Of a stretch of DNA of 64,000 nt, positions 23,679 to 38,037 are shown in pieces. The stretch's first letter is position 1; every line of letters begins with the position of its first letter. The notes below the pieces were generated by a model. It saw only the letters and a program-made list of their open reading frames with translations, did no database searches and was not told the DNA's origin. Both the position numbers and the translations under genes were made by a program. This stretch comes from Malacoraja senta (taxonomy: Eukaryota), in assembly GCA_038087875.1 (NCBI GenBank), contig JAXLNO010006061.1, positions 1 to 64,000 of the forward strand, in the 5' to 3' direction.

Positions 23679-25499
23679 GGTGGGGTAGCGTTGCTGGTTA
23701 GGGAGGAGATTAACGCAATAGAAAGGAAGGACATTAGCTTGGAGGATGTGGAACACTAAGGGGCAGAAAACGCTAGTGGGAGTTGTGTACAGGCCACCTA
23801 ACAGTAGTAGTGGAGTTGGGGATGGCATCAAACAGGAAATTAAAAATGCGTGCAACAAAGGTAAAACATTTATAATGGGTGACTTCAATCTACATATAGA
23901 TGGGGTGAATCAAATTGGCAGGGGTGCTGAGGAAGAGGGTTTCTTGGAATGTATGCGGGATAGTTTTCTAAACCAACATGTAGAGGAACCAACGAGAGAA
24001 CAGGCTATTCTAGACTGGGTATTGAGTAATGAGGGTTAGTTAGCAGGTACACAAAAATGCTGGAGAAACTCAGCGGGTGCAGCAGCATCTATGGAACGAA
24101 GGAAATAGGCAAAGTTTTGGGCCGAAACCCTTCTTCAGACTGATGTCCCTTCTTCAGACTGATTAAAGAAAGGTAACTTTGAGGGTATGAGACGTGAATT
24201 GGCCAAGATAGACTGACAATTGATTCTTAATGGGTTGACGGTGGATATGCAATGGAAGGCATTTAAAGGCTGCATGGATGAACTGCAACAATTGTTCATC
24301 CCAGTTTGGCAAAAGAATAAATCAGGGAAGGTAGTGCATCCGTGGATAACAAGGGAAATCAGGGATAGTATCAAAACAAAAGATGAAGCATACAAATTAG
24401 CCAGAAAAAAGCAGCCTAGAGGACTGGGAGAAATTCAGACAGGGAGCAAAGAGTAGGAGTTAACGGGTCCTTTGCAGAATGGCAGGCAGTAACTAGTGGG
24501 GTGCCGCAAGGCTCAGTGCTGGGATCCCAGCTATTTACAATATATATTAATGATTTGGACGAGGGAATTGAATGCAACATCTCCAAGTTTGCGGATGACA
24601 CGAAGCTGGGGGGCAGTGTTAGCTGTGAGGAGGATGCAAGGAGGCTGCAAGATGACTTTGATAGGCTGGGTGAGTGGGCAAATGCATGGCAGATGCAGTA
24701 TAATGTGGATAAATGTGAGGGTATCCACTTTGGTGGCAAAAACAGGAAAGTAGACTATTACCTGAATGGTGGCCGATTAGGAAAAGGAGAGATGCAACGA
24801 GACCTGGGTGTCATGGTACACCAGTCATTGAAAGTAGGCATGCAGGTGCAGCAGGCAGTGAAGAAGGCGAATGGTATGTTAGCATTCATAGCAAAAGGAT
24901 TTGAGTATAGGAGCAGGGAGGTTCTACTGCAGTTGTACAGGGTCTTGGTGAGACCATACCTGGAGTATTGCGTACAGTTTTGGTCTCCCAATCTGCCATA
25001 GAGGGAGTACAGAGAAGGTTCACCAGACTGATTCCTGGGATGTCAGGACTTTCATATGAAGAAAGACTGGATAGACTCGGCTTGTACTCGCTAGAATTTA
25101 GAAGATTGAGGGGGGATCTTATAGAAACGTACAAAATTCTTAAGGGGTTGGACAGGCTAGATGCAGGAAGATTGTTCCCGATGTTGGGGAAGTCCAGAAC
25201 AAGGGGTCACAGTTTAAGGATAAAGGGGAAGTCTTTTAGGACTGAGATGGGAAAAACATTTTTTACTCAGAGAGTGGTGAATCTCTGGAATTCTCTGCCA
25301 CAGAATGTAGTTGAGGCCAGTTCATTGGCTATATTTAAGAGGGAGTTAGATGTGGCCCTTGTGGCTAAAGGGATCAGGGGGTATGGAGAGAAAGCAGGTA
25401 CAGGATACTGAGTTGGATGATCAGCTATGACCATATTGAATAGCGGTGCAGGCTCGAAGGGCCGAATGGCCTACTCCTGCACCTATTTTCTATGTTTCT
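23679..25499 (+). mobile_element. CR1-B (duplicate of 4401-6438)
   Basis: Same junctions and same internal deletion as 4401-6438. Confidence 0.9.
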
Positions 25500-27676
25500 A
25501 ACACTGAATATTCTTATGTAGTTTATTCAGTAAGGGTGGGAAGTTTAATTTAAATAAAGAAGTATATGTCTTAGTTAGATAAATTCCTAGATATTTAAAT
25601 TTTTCATGGACTATTTTAAAGGGAGATTGTTGCAATGTATGTAAATTGTGATCCGTTATTGGCATGATTTCGCTTTTATTCCAATTAATTCTATATCCCG
25701 AGAACAAACAAAATTGAGTTAGTAGATACATAGATACATAGAAAATACGTGCAGGAGTAGGCCATTCGGCCCTTCGAGCCTGCACCGCCATTCAATATGA
25801 TCATGGCTGATCATCCAACTCAGTATCCCGTACCCCGTACCCCCGTACCCTTCTCTCCATACCCCCTGATCCCCTTAGCCACAAGGGCCACATCTAACTC
25901 CCTCTTAAATATAGCCAATGAACTGGCCTCAACTACCCTCTGTGGCAGAGAGTTCCAGAGATTCACCACTCTCTGTGTGAAAAAGTTTTTCCTCATCTTA
26001 AAGGATTTCCCCCTTATCCTTAAGCTGTGACCCCTTGTCCTGGACTTCCCCAACATCGGGAACAATCTTCCTGCATCTAGCATGTCCAACCCCATAAGAA
26101 TTTTGCACGTTTCTATAAGATCCCCTCTCAATCTCCTAAATTCTAGCGAGTATAAGCCAAGTCTATCCAGTCTTTCTTCATATGAAAGTCCTGACATCCC
26201 AGGAATCAGTCTGGTGAACCTTCTCTGCACTCCCTCTATGGCTATAATGTCCTTCCTCAGATTTGGAGACCAAAACTGTACGCAATACTCCAGGTGTGGT
26301 CTCACCAAGACCCTGTACAACTGCAGTAGAACCTCCCTGCTCCTATACTCAAATCCTCTTGCTATGAAGGCCAACATACCATTCGCTTTCTTCACTGCCT
26401 GTTGCACCTGCATGCCTACTTTCAATGACTGGTGTACCGACACCCAGGTCTCGCTGCATCTCCCCATTTCCTAATCGGCCACCATTTAGATAATAGTCTG
26501 CCTTCCCGTTCTTGCCACCAAAGTGGATAACCTCACATTTATCCACATTATACTGCATCTGCCAAACATTTGCCCACTCACCCAGCCTATCCAAGTCACC
26601 TTGCAGTCTCCTAGCATCCTCCTCACAGCTAACACTGCCCCCCAGCTTAGTGTCATCCGCAAACTTGGAGATGTTGCTTTCAATTCCCTCGTCCAGATCA
26701 TTAATATAAATTGTAAATAGCTGGGGTCCCAGCACTGAGCCTTGCGGTACCCCACTAGTCACTGCCTGCCATTGTGAAAAGGACCCGTTTACTCCTACTC
26801 TTTGCTTCCTGTTTGCCAGCCAGTTCTCTATCCACATCAATACTGAACCCCCAATACCGTGTGATTTAAGTTTGTATCCTAATCTCTTATGTGGTACCTT
26901 GTAGAAAGCCTTCTGAAAGTCCAGATACAACACATCCACTGGTTCTCCCCTATCCACTCTACTAGTTACATCCTCGAAAAATTCTATAAGATTCGTCAGA
27001 CACGATTTACCTTTCGTAAATCCATGCTGACTTTGTCCAATGATTTCACCACTTTCCAAATGTGCTGCTATCCCATCTTTAATAACTGACTCTAGCAGTT
27101 TCCCCACTACCGATGTTAGACTAACTGGTCTGTAATTCCCCGTTTTCTCTCTCCCTCCCTTCTTAAAAAGTGGGGTTACGTTTGCTACCCTCCAATCCTC
27201 AGGAACTACTCCAGAATCTAAAGAGTTTTGAAAAATTAGCACTAATGCATCCACTATTTCTGGAGCTACTTCCTTAAGTACTCTGGGATGCAGCCTATCT
27301 GGCCCTGGTGATTTATCGGCCTTTAATCCATTCAATTTACCCAACACCACTTCCCGACTAACCTGGATTTCACTCAGTTCCTCCATCTCCTTTGACCTGC
27401 GGCCCCCTGCTATTTCCGGCAGATTATTTATGTCTTCCTTAGTGAAGACGGAACCAAAGTAGTTATTCAATTGGTCCGCCATATCCTTGTTCCCCATGAT
27501 CAATTCACCTGTTTCTGACTGCAAGGGACCAACATTTGTTTTAACTAATCTCTTTCTCTTCACATATCTATAAAAACTTTTGCAGTCAGTTTTTATGTTC
27601 CCTGCCAGTTTCCTTTCATAATCTATTTTCCCTTTCCTAATTAAGCCCTTTGTCCTCCTCTGCTGGTCTCTGAATT

Positions 27677-27995
27677 TAACCATATATAACCATATAACCA
27701 TATAACCATAACAGCACGGAAACAGGCCATCTCGGCCCTTCAAGTCCGTGCCGAACATTTAATTTTTTTTTTTTTTTTATAATTAAAAATAAAATACTTC
27801 CCCCTAGTCCCATCTACCTGCACTCAGACCATAACCCTCCATTCCTTTCCCGTCCATATACCCATCCAATCTATTTTTAAAGGATAACATCGAACCTGCC
27901 TCCACCACTTCCACTGGAAGCTCATTCCACACAGCTACCACTCTCTGAGTAAAGAAGTTCCCCCTAATGTTCCCCCTAAACTTCCGTCCCTTAAT
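27677..27995 (-). mobile_element. CR1-A 3' fragment nested in CR1-B
   Basis: (aaccatat)n tail and a 3' UTR matching the family at 18240-18449; aattt duplication. Confidence 0.8.
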
Positions 27996-29259
27996 TTCTC
28001 CCAGTCCTCTGGTATGCTGCTTTTTCAGGCTAATTTGTACGCATCATCTTTTGCTTTGATACTATCCCTGATTTCCCTTGTTATCCACGGATGCACTACC
28101 TTCCCTGATTTATTCTTTTGCCAAACTGGGATGAACAATTTTTGTAGTTCATCCATGCAGTCTTTAAATGCCTTCCATTGCATATCCACCGTCAACCCTT
28201 TTAGAACTAATTGCCAGTCAATCTTGGCCAATTCACGTCTCATACCCTCAAAGTTACCTTTCTTTAAGTTCAGAACCGTTGTTTCTGAATTAACAATGTC
28301 ACTCTCCATCCTAATGAAGAACTAAACCATATTATGGTCACTCTTGCCCAAGGGGGCACGCACAACAAGTCTGCTAACTAACCCTTCCTCATTACTCAAT
28401 ACCCAGTCTAGAATAGCCTGATCTCTCGTTGGTTTCTCTACATGTTGGTTTAGATAACTATCCCTCATACATTCCAAGAAATCCTCTTCCTCAGCATCCC
28501 TGCCAATTTGATTCACCCAATCTATATGTAGATTGAAGTCACCCATTATAACTGTTTTGCCTTTGTTGCACGCATTTCTAATTTCCTGTTTGATGCCATC
28601 CCCAACTTCACTACTGCTGCTAGGTGGCCTGTACACAACACCCACCAGCGTTTTCTGCCCCTTAGTGTTTCGCAGCTCTACCCATACCGATTCCACATCC
28701 TCCAAGCTAATGTCCTTCCTTTCCACTGCGTTAATCTCCTCTCTAACCAGCAACGCTACCCCACCTCCTTTTCCTTTCTCTCTATCCCTCCTGAATATTG
28801 AATATCCCTGCATGTTCAGCTCACAGCCTTGGTCACCCTGGAGCCATGTCTCCGTGATCCCAACTATATCATAATCATTAATTGCTATCTGCACGTTCAA
28901 CTCATCCACCTTATTACGAATGCTCCTTGCATTGAGACACAAAGCCTTCAGGCTTGTTTTTACAACGCTCTTACCCCTTATACAATTATGTTGAAAAGTG
29001 GCTCTTTTTGATTTTTGCCCTGGATTTGTCTGCCTGCCACTTTTACTTTTCACCTTGCTACCTATTGCTTCCGCCCGCATTTTACACCCCTCTGTTACTC
29101 TGCTCACCCATTTAAGAACCCCACCACCTCTTATTCTCTGTTTATTATTGTTTTCTTCTTCCCCCCCTACATGTTGGGTCTGAGTGCTTTCCTTCTCTGC
29201 CTCCTGCCTCACACACTGTCTAATAGCATTCTCTATTTGAGTCCCTCCCCCCAACCATT

Positions 29260-30159
29260 CTAGTTTAAAGTCTCCCCAGTAGCCTTTGCAGATCGCCCTG
29301 CCAGGATATCGGTCCCCCTCAGGTTCAAGTGCAACCCATCCTTTTTGTACAGGTCGAACCTTCCACAAAATAGGTCCCAATGATCCAGAAATTTGAATCC
29401 CTGCCTTCTGCACCAGTCCTTCAGCCACGCATTTATCCTCCACCTCGCTCCATTCCTACTCTCACTGTCGCGTGGCACAGGCAGTAATCCCGAGATTGTT
29501 ACCTTTGCTGTCCTTCTCTTTAACTCCCCTCCTAACTCCCTAAATTCTCCTTTCAGGACCTCTTCTCTTTTTTTACCTATGTCATTGGTACCTATATGTA
29601 TCACGACCTCGGGATCCTCTCCCTGCCCTTTCAGGATGTCTTGGACACGTTGAAACACATCACAGACTCTGGCACCAGGGAGGCAAACTACCATCCGGGT
29701 CTCCCGACTGCGTCCACAGAATCGCCTGTCTGACCCCCTAACTATAGAGTCCCCTATTAATATTGCCCTCCTCTTCTTTTCCTTACCCTTCTGAGCAACA
29801 GGACCGGTCTCTATACCGGAGGCCCGGCCGCTGTCGCTACCCCCAGGTAGGCTGTCTACCCCAACAGTGCTCAAACAGGAGTACTTATTGTCAAGGTGTA
29901 CAGCCACCGGGGTACTCTCTAGTCCCTGCCTGTGCCCCTTGCCTCTCCCAACCGTGATCCACTTGCCTGCCTCCTGTGGCGTTGGAGTGACCACATCCCT
30001 GTAACTCCTCTCAATGACTTCCTCGCTCTCCCTGACCAGACGGAGGTCATCGAGCTGCTGCTCCAGGTTCCTAATACGGTCCATCAGGAGCCCCATCTCG
30101 ACACACCTGGCGCAGATGTGGACGTCTGGAGGGCTATCAGACTCCATGACTTCCCACAT
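29260..30159 (-). CDS. CR1 ORF1 (Zn finger plus SGNH esterase), 299-aa open frame
   Basis: HICARC, IGDSIVRG, VIHIGTND, DHWDLF, DGLHLN. Confidence 0.8.
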   Translation of the reverse strand: MWEVMESDSPPDVHICARCVEMGLLMDRIRNLEQQLDDLRLVRESEEVIERSYRDVVTPTPQEAGKWITVGRGKGHRQGLESTPVAVHLDNKYSCLSTVGVDSLPGGSDSGRASGIETGPVAQKGKEKKRRAILIGDSIVRGSDRRFCGRSRETRMVVCLPGARVCDVFQRVQDILKGQGEDPEVVIHIGTNDIGKKREEVLKGEFRELGGELKRRTAKVTISGLLPVPRDSESRNGARWRINAWLKDWCRRQGFKFLDHWDLFCGRFDLYKKDGLHLNLRGTDILAGRSAKATGETLN

Positions 30160-31072
30160 CTGACATCCAGAACAGTAAACTGCCCTGTTTGGATAGGTTT
30201 GGAATGCTAGTTTCTAGGTTTCTAATGTATATTAATACATCATCTGCATATAAAGACATTTTATTCACTGTGTCTTTGGTATTATACCCGTATATTTCTG
30301 GATGGGCTCTAACACTTTCTGTTAATGGTTCAATAGCGAGAGCGAATAATAACGGAGATAGCGGGCATCCTTGTCTACAACCTCTAGATAAGTTAAATTT
30401 AGTTGATAACATTTGGTTTGTTAATTTTCTAGCTGTTGGGTTAGTATATAAGAATGTGCAGTACTTCTCGCCCAGTTGAAAATTTTCCATCACCGAAAAT
30501 AGATAGGGCCATTCCACCTGATCAAATGCTTTTTCAGCATCTAACGAAATGATTACTAGGTCTACATTAGCAATTCTATTTGAATATATAATATTGAATA
30601 ATCGTCTCAAATTATAAGATGAGTATCGTTTTGGAATAAAACCTGTTTGGTCGGGGTGTACTAATTTATTAATCACTAAACTTAATCTATGTGCTAGAAT
30701 TTTAGTTAATATTTTCTGATCAGTATTTAAGAGAGCTATTGCTCTATATGAACCTATGCCTTCAAGGTCCTTATCTGTTTTTGGTATAAGTGTTATTGTA
30801 GATTCGTTTAAAGTTTCTGGCAGTTTCTGTTGAGTAAAAGCATACATATACAGTGTCTGTAAGCTTATAATTCCGTTCAAAATTAAAATTATAATATGGT
30901 ATAAAGTAAAAAAGGTGAAAGAGACTTCCGGTGGGGGCGACATGTTGGAGTAGTCGCACTTTTCCACGCTCCCGACCTTTTCACCTCCAACTTTTATTAC
31001 AGCTCAGTCTAAGTTTTTTAACCACCCACAAACATTTAAACATCATTGTCAGTACCTCTCTACGTTGTAAAG

Positions 31073-31864
31073 ATGCCAAACAAAGGAAAGAAAGCGGAGC
31101 AAAAGACAGAAGACCCGACGGCCACGCTAGCAGCCATGATAACAGAACATAAGGTATTGTTACTGGCAGAATTCAACACTGCGTTACCAAATTGGAAACG
31201 AAGCTGGACAATATCCAGACCACTATGTTAGACCACCAACACCGTCTCTAGTCATTAGAGTCTCTTGCCGCTACCACGAGCTATAATGTTAATGTTAACT
31301 ACGGTGACCGAAGAGAACGCCAAGCTAAAGGCTAAGCTTATCGGCCTGGAAGTCAGGAGTCGCCGAAATAACATAAGGATAGTGGGTCTTCCCGAGAATA
31401 TCGAGGGCTCCCAAACAACAGCGTTTTTCTCTCAACTTCTGCTCGAGACTCTTGGCAAACACATACTGGAATCAGCCCCGGAGCTAGACCGACCCCACCG
31501 TCCGCTAACAGCCAAGCCAAGCCCTGGTGAAAAACCCAGAGCAGTTGTGATCTGCTTCCATAGATACCAGACCCGTGAGTTGGTGGTACGTGAGGCTCGG
31601 AGACAGAGGGGTAAGCTGAAATACAAAGATACCCCGTTCCACATTTTCGAAGACTACCGTCCCGAGATAGTTGAACAACGCTTCGAGTACCGAGACGTTA
31701 TGAAGGAGCTGTATAACCTGGGTCTCAAACCCTCCCTTCATTATCCAGCCAAGCTGTTCATAATGTCCGGGGAGGGAAAGAGGCGACGACTAACATCTCC
31801 CGAGGACGCTCAGGATTTCATCTCATCTTACCATCGACGCAGACCGGGACCCACAGATGACTGA
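31073..31864 (+). pseudogene. L1-B ORF1, one frameshift
   Basis: MPNKGKK... joined to ORF 31265..31864 (RSRRNNIRIVGLPE, IFEDY, YPAKL). Confidence 0.85.
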
Positions 31865-32921
31865 CTTCGTTCAGTACGTCTATATTCGAGTGGCACAGGG
31901 GCCCGGTTAATCTATGGTTACATGGACTAACTTTAGCTTGACTGTTCCTAATAACTAGCTATGGTTAGCGTTCAGCATTGCTGATTATACTAGACCCCGG
32001 TTTCAAAATGTATGTGGCTGGTAAGAAATCACCAGGATTTGCGAATATTTTATACTAACTTGTTCTTATATTGTCTATGTGTAATCATACTTGAGGGGTC
32101 CCTCACCAGCATATGCTATAAAACTGGGCTTAAAGGACCCACTTTGTGGTTTGTGATTTGGTCTCTGCCTTCCTGTTCTTAACAGCTGCCCGCTAACGCT
32201 GTCAGCACCTGGCTAGTTTGCTTATACTAATCTTCATAACGAACTGTCTGGGGCTGATAAGAGCTCATTACAGCCAGGGCGGTGTTATATAAATCTTATC
32301 TTATACCTTTTTTGTTTAACAAAACATAATTGATGCCTTTAGCGCTGTGCTTTAATCCAACAGCCCAGTTTGTAATTTGCTAACCTTTCCAACGCCAACT
32401 CTCTCTTTATACTTTGTCGATTTTAAGACATACTATGTAACACCAAAGGAAGTTATTCCGGATCCACTTACACGTTAGCCGGTTTATTTACTATCACCAT
32501 TTTGTTAATATGCTTTGTCTTATTGTGACTATCATCATTGCTATTATTACTATTAATGTTAGCAATGGTACTGGCAGTGCAACCATAATGGTTATTATTT
32601 TAACTTTGCATTTATCAATGTATGTTTATCTTACTTTATTCCTACTCTCTATTTATCAAATTATTATCATCATCGTCATTATTACTATTACTATACTTAT
32701 TTTACTTCATGTTATCTTATCGACACTGAGTGACCGTCGCTTTGGGAAGCGGTGATATAAGGAGTTAAGATTGGATATCTCCATGCGGAAGCGAGGACAA
32801 CGCACCTTGGTGCAATGGGCACTTAAGGTTCAGTTGAGACATGGGGGATCTCAGGTCTGGAGTCTCAGGTTTGAAAGATGGTTAAATGATATGTGTTCCA
32901 CTTGTTTGCTGTGTGTGTATG

Positions 32922-33285
32922 NNNNNNNNNNNNNNNNNNNNNNNNNNNNNNNNNNNNNNNNNNNNNNNNNNNNNNNNNNNNNNNNNNNNNNNNNNNNNNN
33001 NNNNNNNNNNNNNNNNNNNNNNNNNNNNNNNNNNNNNNNNNNNNNNNNNNNNNNNNNNNNNNNNNNNNNNNNNNNNNNNNNNNNNNNNNNNNNNNNNNNN
33101 NNNNNNNNNNNNNNNNNNNNNNNNNNNNNNNNNNNNNNNNNNNNNNNNNNNNNNNNNNNNNNNNNNNNNNNNNNNNNNNNNNNNNNNNNNNNNNNNNNNN
33201 NNNNNNNNNNNNNNNNNNNNNNNNNNNNNNNNNNNNNNNNNNNNNNNNNNNNNNNNNNNNNNNNNNNNNNNNNNNNNNNNNNNNN
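32922..33285. other. Assembly gap (N run)
   Basis: 364 N, at the same position in the L1-B inter-ORF region as the first gap. Confidence 0.99.
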
Positions 33286-33353
33286 CAGCTGGCTTCGATG
33301 CGCTCTTCCGTCTCGTTTTGCAGAACTACAGCGCATTACCCATATAGCTAAAT

Positions 33354-36300
33354 ATGGCCAACACAAACGATACTCTTAGATTTGTCTCGTGGAATGTGAG
33401 AGGGACTGGAAGTCCTACCAAAACTGATAGGATCTTGGCCCATTTGCAACAGCTCAAAGGTGATATATTCTTCATCCAAGGGACCCACCTTCGCAACAGA
33501 GAGGTAACACGGCTTCAGAGAGGCTGGATTAGTCAACTATTTCACTCGAAATGTAATAATAGGGCTAGGGTCACCGCTATCCTGATTCGTAAGAACATTA
33601 AGTTCGAACCACAGAAAACTGTGGAAGACCCTGCTGGTCGCTTTGTCATGGTGTCGGGCAAATTGCAAGACACACCTGTCATATTGGCAAGCATTTATGG
33701 ACCCAACTGGGATGACAGCTCATTTATAACTAAATTTTTTACATCTCTCCCAAATATTGAAAATCACCATGTCATTGTGGGTGGAGACTTTAATCTGGTC
33801 CAAGATCCTATACTGGATAGATCTTCGAATAAAGCCTCTACTTTAACTAAATCCGGTAAGACTGTGCATGTTCTTGCCAAACAACTGGGGCTTACAGATC
33901 CATGGAGATTTATATTCCCCACGACTAAATTATTTTCATTTTTCTCCCACGTACATCGTACGTTTACCCGTATAGACTTCTTTCTCTTAGATAATAGATT
34001 GCTTTCCAAAATCAAATCTAGTGAGTACCATAGCATCGTTATATCAGATCATGCTGCGACCTCCCTTGATCTTCATTTTCGTAAACGAACTAACCCCTTT
34101 AAGTGGAGGTTCAACTCCTCATTATTAGCAGAGGCTCAATACATGCAATTCTTGCACTCCCAAATCACCCTATATTTTGAGCTGAATGACATAGAAAGAG
34201 GTATACTTTGGGAAGCTTCAAAAGCCTATATTAGGGGCCAACTCATTTCCTTTATCTCCAACCTGAAAAGAACCGAGACGTTCCAAACGGCAGATCTGTT
34301 ACAAAAAATAAAGGACATTGATGACAAATATGCATCTGACCCAAACCCTAATCTCTATAGAGAACGCCTTAGGCTACAAACAGACTTTGACCTCATATCC
34401 ATTAATAAAGCCAATCTACGACTGCTTAAATCTAGGCAACACTTTTTTGAATCTGGGGATAAAGCTGGAAAGCTTTTGGCCCATCAGGACAGAACAGAGG
34501 CGACTTCACGGCTAATTCCAGCCATTAGATCCAGCTCAGGGGAGACTCATACTGATCCTCGCAGAATTAATGAAGCATTTGCTAAATTCTACACTGAACT
34601 ATACACTTCCGACAGGTGGCATGTTCGGCAGTATGACGCTTCCCCGAATTGACGAAGAAGCCATGAGAGACTTGGGTGGTCCCATAACTGTAGCTGAGGT
34701 CCAAGCAGCCATCACATCGTTGCAAAGCGGAAAGTCACCCGGCCCCGACGGCTTCTCTGTAGAATATTACAAAGCTTTCTCTGACCTCCTCGCACCAGTC
34801 CTGAGAGATTTGTACAATGAGGCGTTTTTACATCGTCGCCTACCGCCCACCTTGTCGTGGGCTGTCATCTCCCTAATTCTTAAAAAGGAGAAAGATCCCC
34901 TGCTTTGTAGTAGCTATAGACCAATCTCACTACTGAATGTGGACCTCAAAATCCTTTCTAAAGCCCTTGCGCTTCGTCTTCAACGAGTGATGCCCTCTAT
35001 TATCTCGTTGGATCAAACAGGGTTTGTACCTGGCCGACAGTCTTCCCATAATACTAGGCGTCTCCTTAACATCATTCACTCTTCGAGTAATGAGACCCCG
35101 GAGATGGTGGTCTCCCTCGATGCCGAAAAGGCCTTCGACAGGGTCAAGTGGAGGTACCTATATGAGACGATGGATAGGTTTGGCCTCGGAAAGTTTTATT
35201 CTCTGGGTGAGCCTATTATATTCGTCCCCGGTGGCCTCAGTACAAACAAACGACCTACTGTCGCCCCACTTCACACTTCAGAGAGGTACCAGACAGGTAC
35301 CACTATCTCCACTCTTGTTTAATGTCGCGATAGAACCCCTGGCGGTCTGGTTACGCGCAGAGAAGGGTTTTAAAGGTATTACACGGTTTGACACAACTCA
35401 TAAAGTCTCATTGTATGCGGATGACCTGCTCGAACCCAGTCAGTTCTCTCCCTGTGATTATGAATATTTTAGAACGGTTTGGTGCATATTCTGGTTATAA
35501 ACTTAACTACCAAAAGAGTGAGCTATTACCGATTAACTTACCGGCTAAGCAGCTCCCTCGCTCTTTAACCTCATTCAAAAGGGCAGAGGATGGGTTTCGC
35601 TATCTCGCCGTTTTTACCACAATACCCTTATCTGATATGTTCCGCACAAACTTTTTGCCTCTGGTTGAGAAAGCCGAAAAAGATTTTGATCGCTTGTCAG
35701 TCTTACCGCTATCCCTCGTGGGCCGGATAAATCTGGTTAAGATGGTTGTCCTACCCAAATTCCTGTATCTTTTCCAGCATGTCCCCATACTTATCACCAA
35801 ATCTTTTTTTGACAACTTAGAAAGGACAATATCTAAATTCTTATGGGGTAGCAAACCGGTCAGAATCCGAAAGGCGATACTGCAGTCGCCTAAGAGTGAT
35901 GGCGGTTTGACCCTCCCTGATTTTAGGCAATACTACTGGGCAGCTAACTTGCAAAAACTCCTGTATTGAATGAATGATGATTGCGAGCACCCACCGATCT
36001 GGCTTTATATGGAAAAGGCGAGTTCACGTCTCCCGTTGCGGTCTGTCCTATGCTCCCAACTCCCCCTTTCTATAAGATCTGTGGGTGCAGGCCCAATTGT
36101 GTCCCTTTCGCTCAAGATATGGAGTCAATTTAGGAAAAACCTCGGTTTACAGGGTCCTTCCATCTTGACCCCACTGCTTAAAAATCACATTTTTAAACCT
36201 TCAAGTATAGACCACGCATTTAAAACCTGGCATAGCAATGGCATCAGTAGTATTAAAAACCTATATAAGGATGGCATCTTCTCATCTTTTGTGGAGCTCT

Positions 36301-37175
36301 GGTCTAACTACAACCTCCCAAACTCCCACCTTTTTCGGTTTCTCCAGATTAGGGATTTTGTGAAGAAGACATTTCCCTACTTCCCAAATCGCCCTCCTGA
36401 AACCCTGACTGATATCATCTTAGCTTTAGACCCCAATCGGAAGAAATGCATCTCTATTTTGTATAATTTGCTAGGGTCGGTTTTATTGAAACCTCATACC
36501 TCATTAAAAGCTGCGTGGGAGGGAGAGCTGAATACGAAATTAACAGACCCGCAATGGGACTCTGCCTTGGATTTGATCCACTCTTCTTCCATATGCGCTC
36601 GTCATGGCCTAATCCAATGCAAAGTCCTTTACAAAGTCCACTACACAAATGCAAGATTAGCTAGGATGTACCCAGCTGTTAATGACACCTGTAACAGATG
36701 TAGTCAATCTCCTGCCAACCATAGCCACATGTTTTGGTCTTGCCCTAAGCTAGCAGCCTTTTGGAGGAGTGCTTTTGAATTGATAAGCAGAGCTTACGAC
36801 CAGACTATTCTTCCAAATCCAATGTCAGCTATTTTCGGTACCCCTCCCAATACTAACCTCTCTGTTGCGGTGAAACGGGTCCTAGCTTTTACAACCTTGT
36901 TAGCCCGGAGACTGATCTTGCTTAGTTGGAGGCTTACCTGTCCCCCGACACACGCCCGTTGGATTAAGGAGGTGATTTACAATCCGAAACTTGAAAAACT
37001 TAGGTTCTCTCTCAAAGGCTCTACCAAGACATTCCTAGATACATGGAACCCTTTCTTTGAACTGGTTAACTCTCTTACCTTGTCCCCGGACTCGGAAGAG
37101 TGTTCTCCATCATCGTTTTGTTCTGCAGCAGCTGCTTTCCCCTTAATCCCCCCCTCCCTACAATTGTTTATTTAG
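33354..37175 (+). pseudogene. L1-B ORF2, fragmented by several frameshifts and stops
   Basis: ORFs 33354..34652, 34570..35322, 35024..35500, 35388..35969 and 35970..37175 tile a complete L1 ORF2. Confidence 0.9.
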
Positions 37176-38037
37176 ATATATATATATATATTTTTAAATT
37201 TTTATATAGCATATTTTGTTTCGTCTATTCCACCATTTGTGTGTGGATGTGTACGTATGTGAGTGTTGTTTGTCCCCGTTTGGCTCCGACCTGACTTGGG
37301 TGGGTTGAAGGTGGGTAAGGGTAAGGGTTTTGAGGATCGCTTACATACTGTTGTACAATTATGCCTTGATTGTTACTGTCTGTTATTATTGTATGTTTGT
37401 AAATTGCCGTGAAATTCAAATAAAAAGATTTAAATAAAAAAAGGTGAAAGAATAAATGGTTAATAAAGTGTAAAAGAAGAGAAAAAACTACATCTATAGT
37501 TGGTGTAGTTAGTGATAGCCACACTAATGTGGCTAGCCATCTAAGGACTTCCGTAGCCTTTGGAAAAAAAATAATAATACCAGCTCCATGCTTTTCTTTA
37601 AAAAAAGTTTCAATAATAACAATTTGTAGGGAAGGGGGAAGACATTTTTAGGTCCAAAATATTTATAATCTGTTAGTGAAAAAGTTATTATTCTCAAGAT
37701 AAAATATTAATCTCATATTAAAAAAATATGAATCGATAATTGGTCAACAGTATAAATTAAAAAAAAAATTTTTATTAATAAATTGCCTGAATCAAACCTT
37801 ACTTATAATTCATATTTTGAACTAATTCTAAGTGGCTCCAATTAATAATAATTAGTAATCATAATTAGTAGTAATTAGTACTAAAATATAAATGTTATAT
37901 ATTAATAGCAATAAAAAAAACTTGCTCGACTATCATTATCAGCTTTCATTAGTCCTTAAGTAAAACAATTTAAAGTTCCATTTGTTCTCTGTGAGGTAAC
38001 GATGTCCGTCCGGTAACGTCAGGTGGGTGTTGAGTAT

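Larger units (their letters stand above)
25731..30191 (-). mobile_element. Near full-length CR1-B LINE, present only in the second duplicate
   Basis: ORF1 29260..30159 (esterase), ORF2 pieces 28322..29443, 26349..27758 and 25820..26467. (catagata)n tail, gata duplication. Empty site at ~6665. Confidence 0.9.
30923..37436 (+). mobile_element. Full-length L1-B LINE with ~15-bp TSD
   Basis: 5' GACTTCCGGTGG, ORF1, ORF2 (APE, RT, C-terminal CNRC..H.FWSC), 3' UTR with AATAAA. TSD aaaaaaggtgaaaga at 30908-30922 and 37437-37451. Confidence 0.93.

Noticed and set aside
32510-32755. 81-aa hydrophobic Ile/Thr-rich ORF
   Set aside because: Low-complexity (ATT/ACT) tract in the L1-B inter-ORF spacer.
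32771-33379. ORFs spanning the second gap
   Set aside because: N-gap artefacts.
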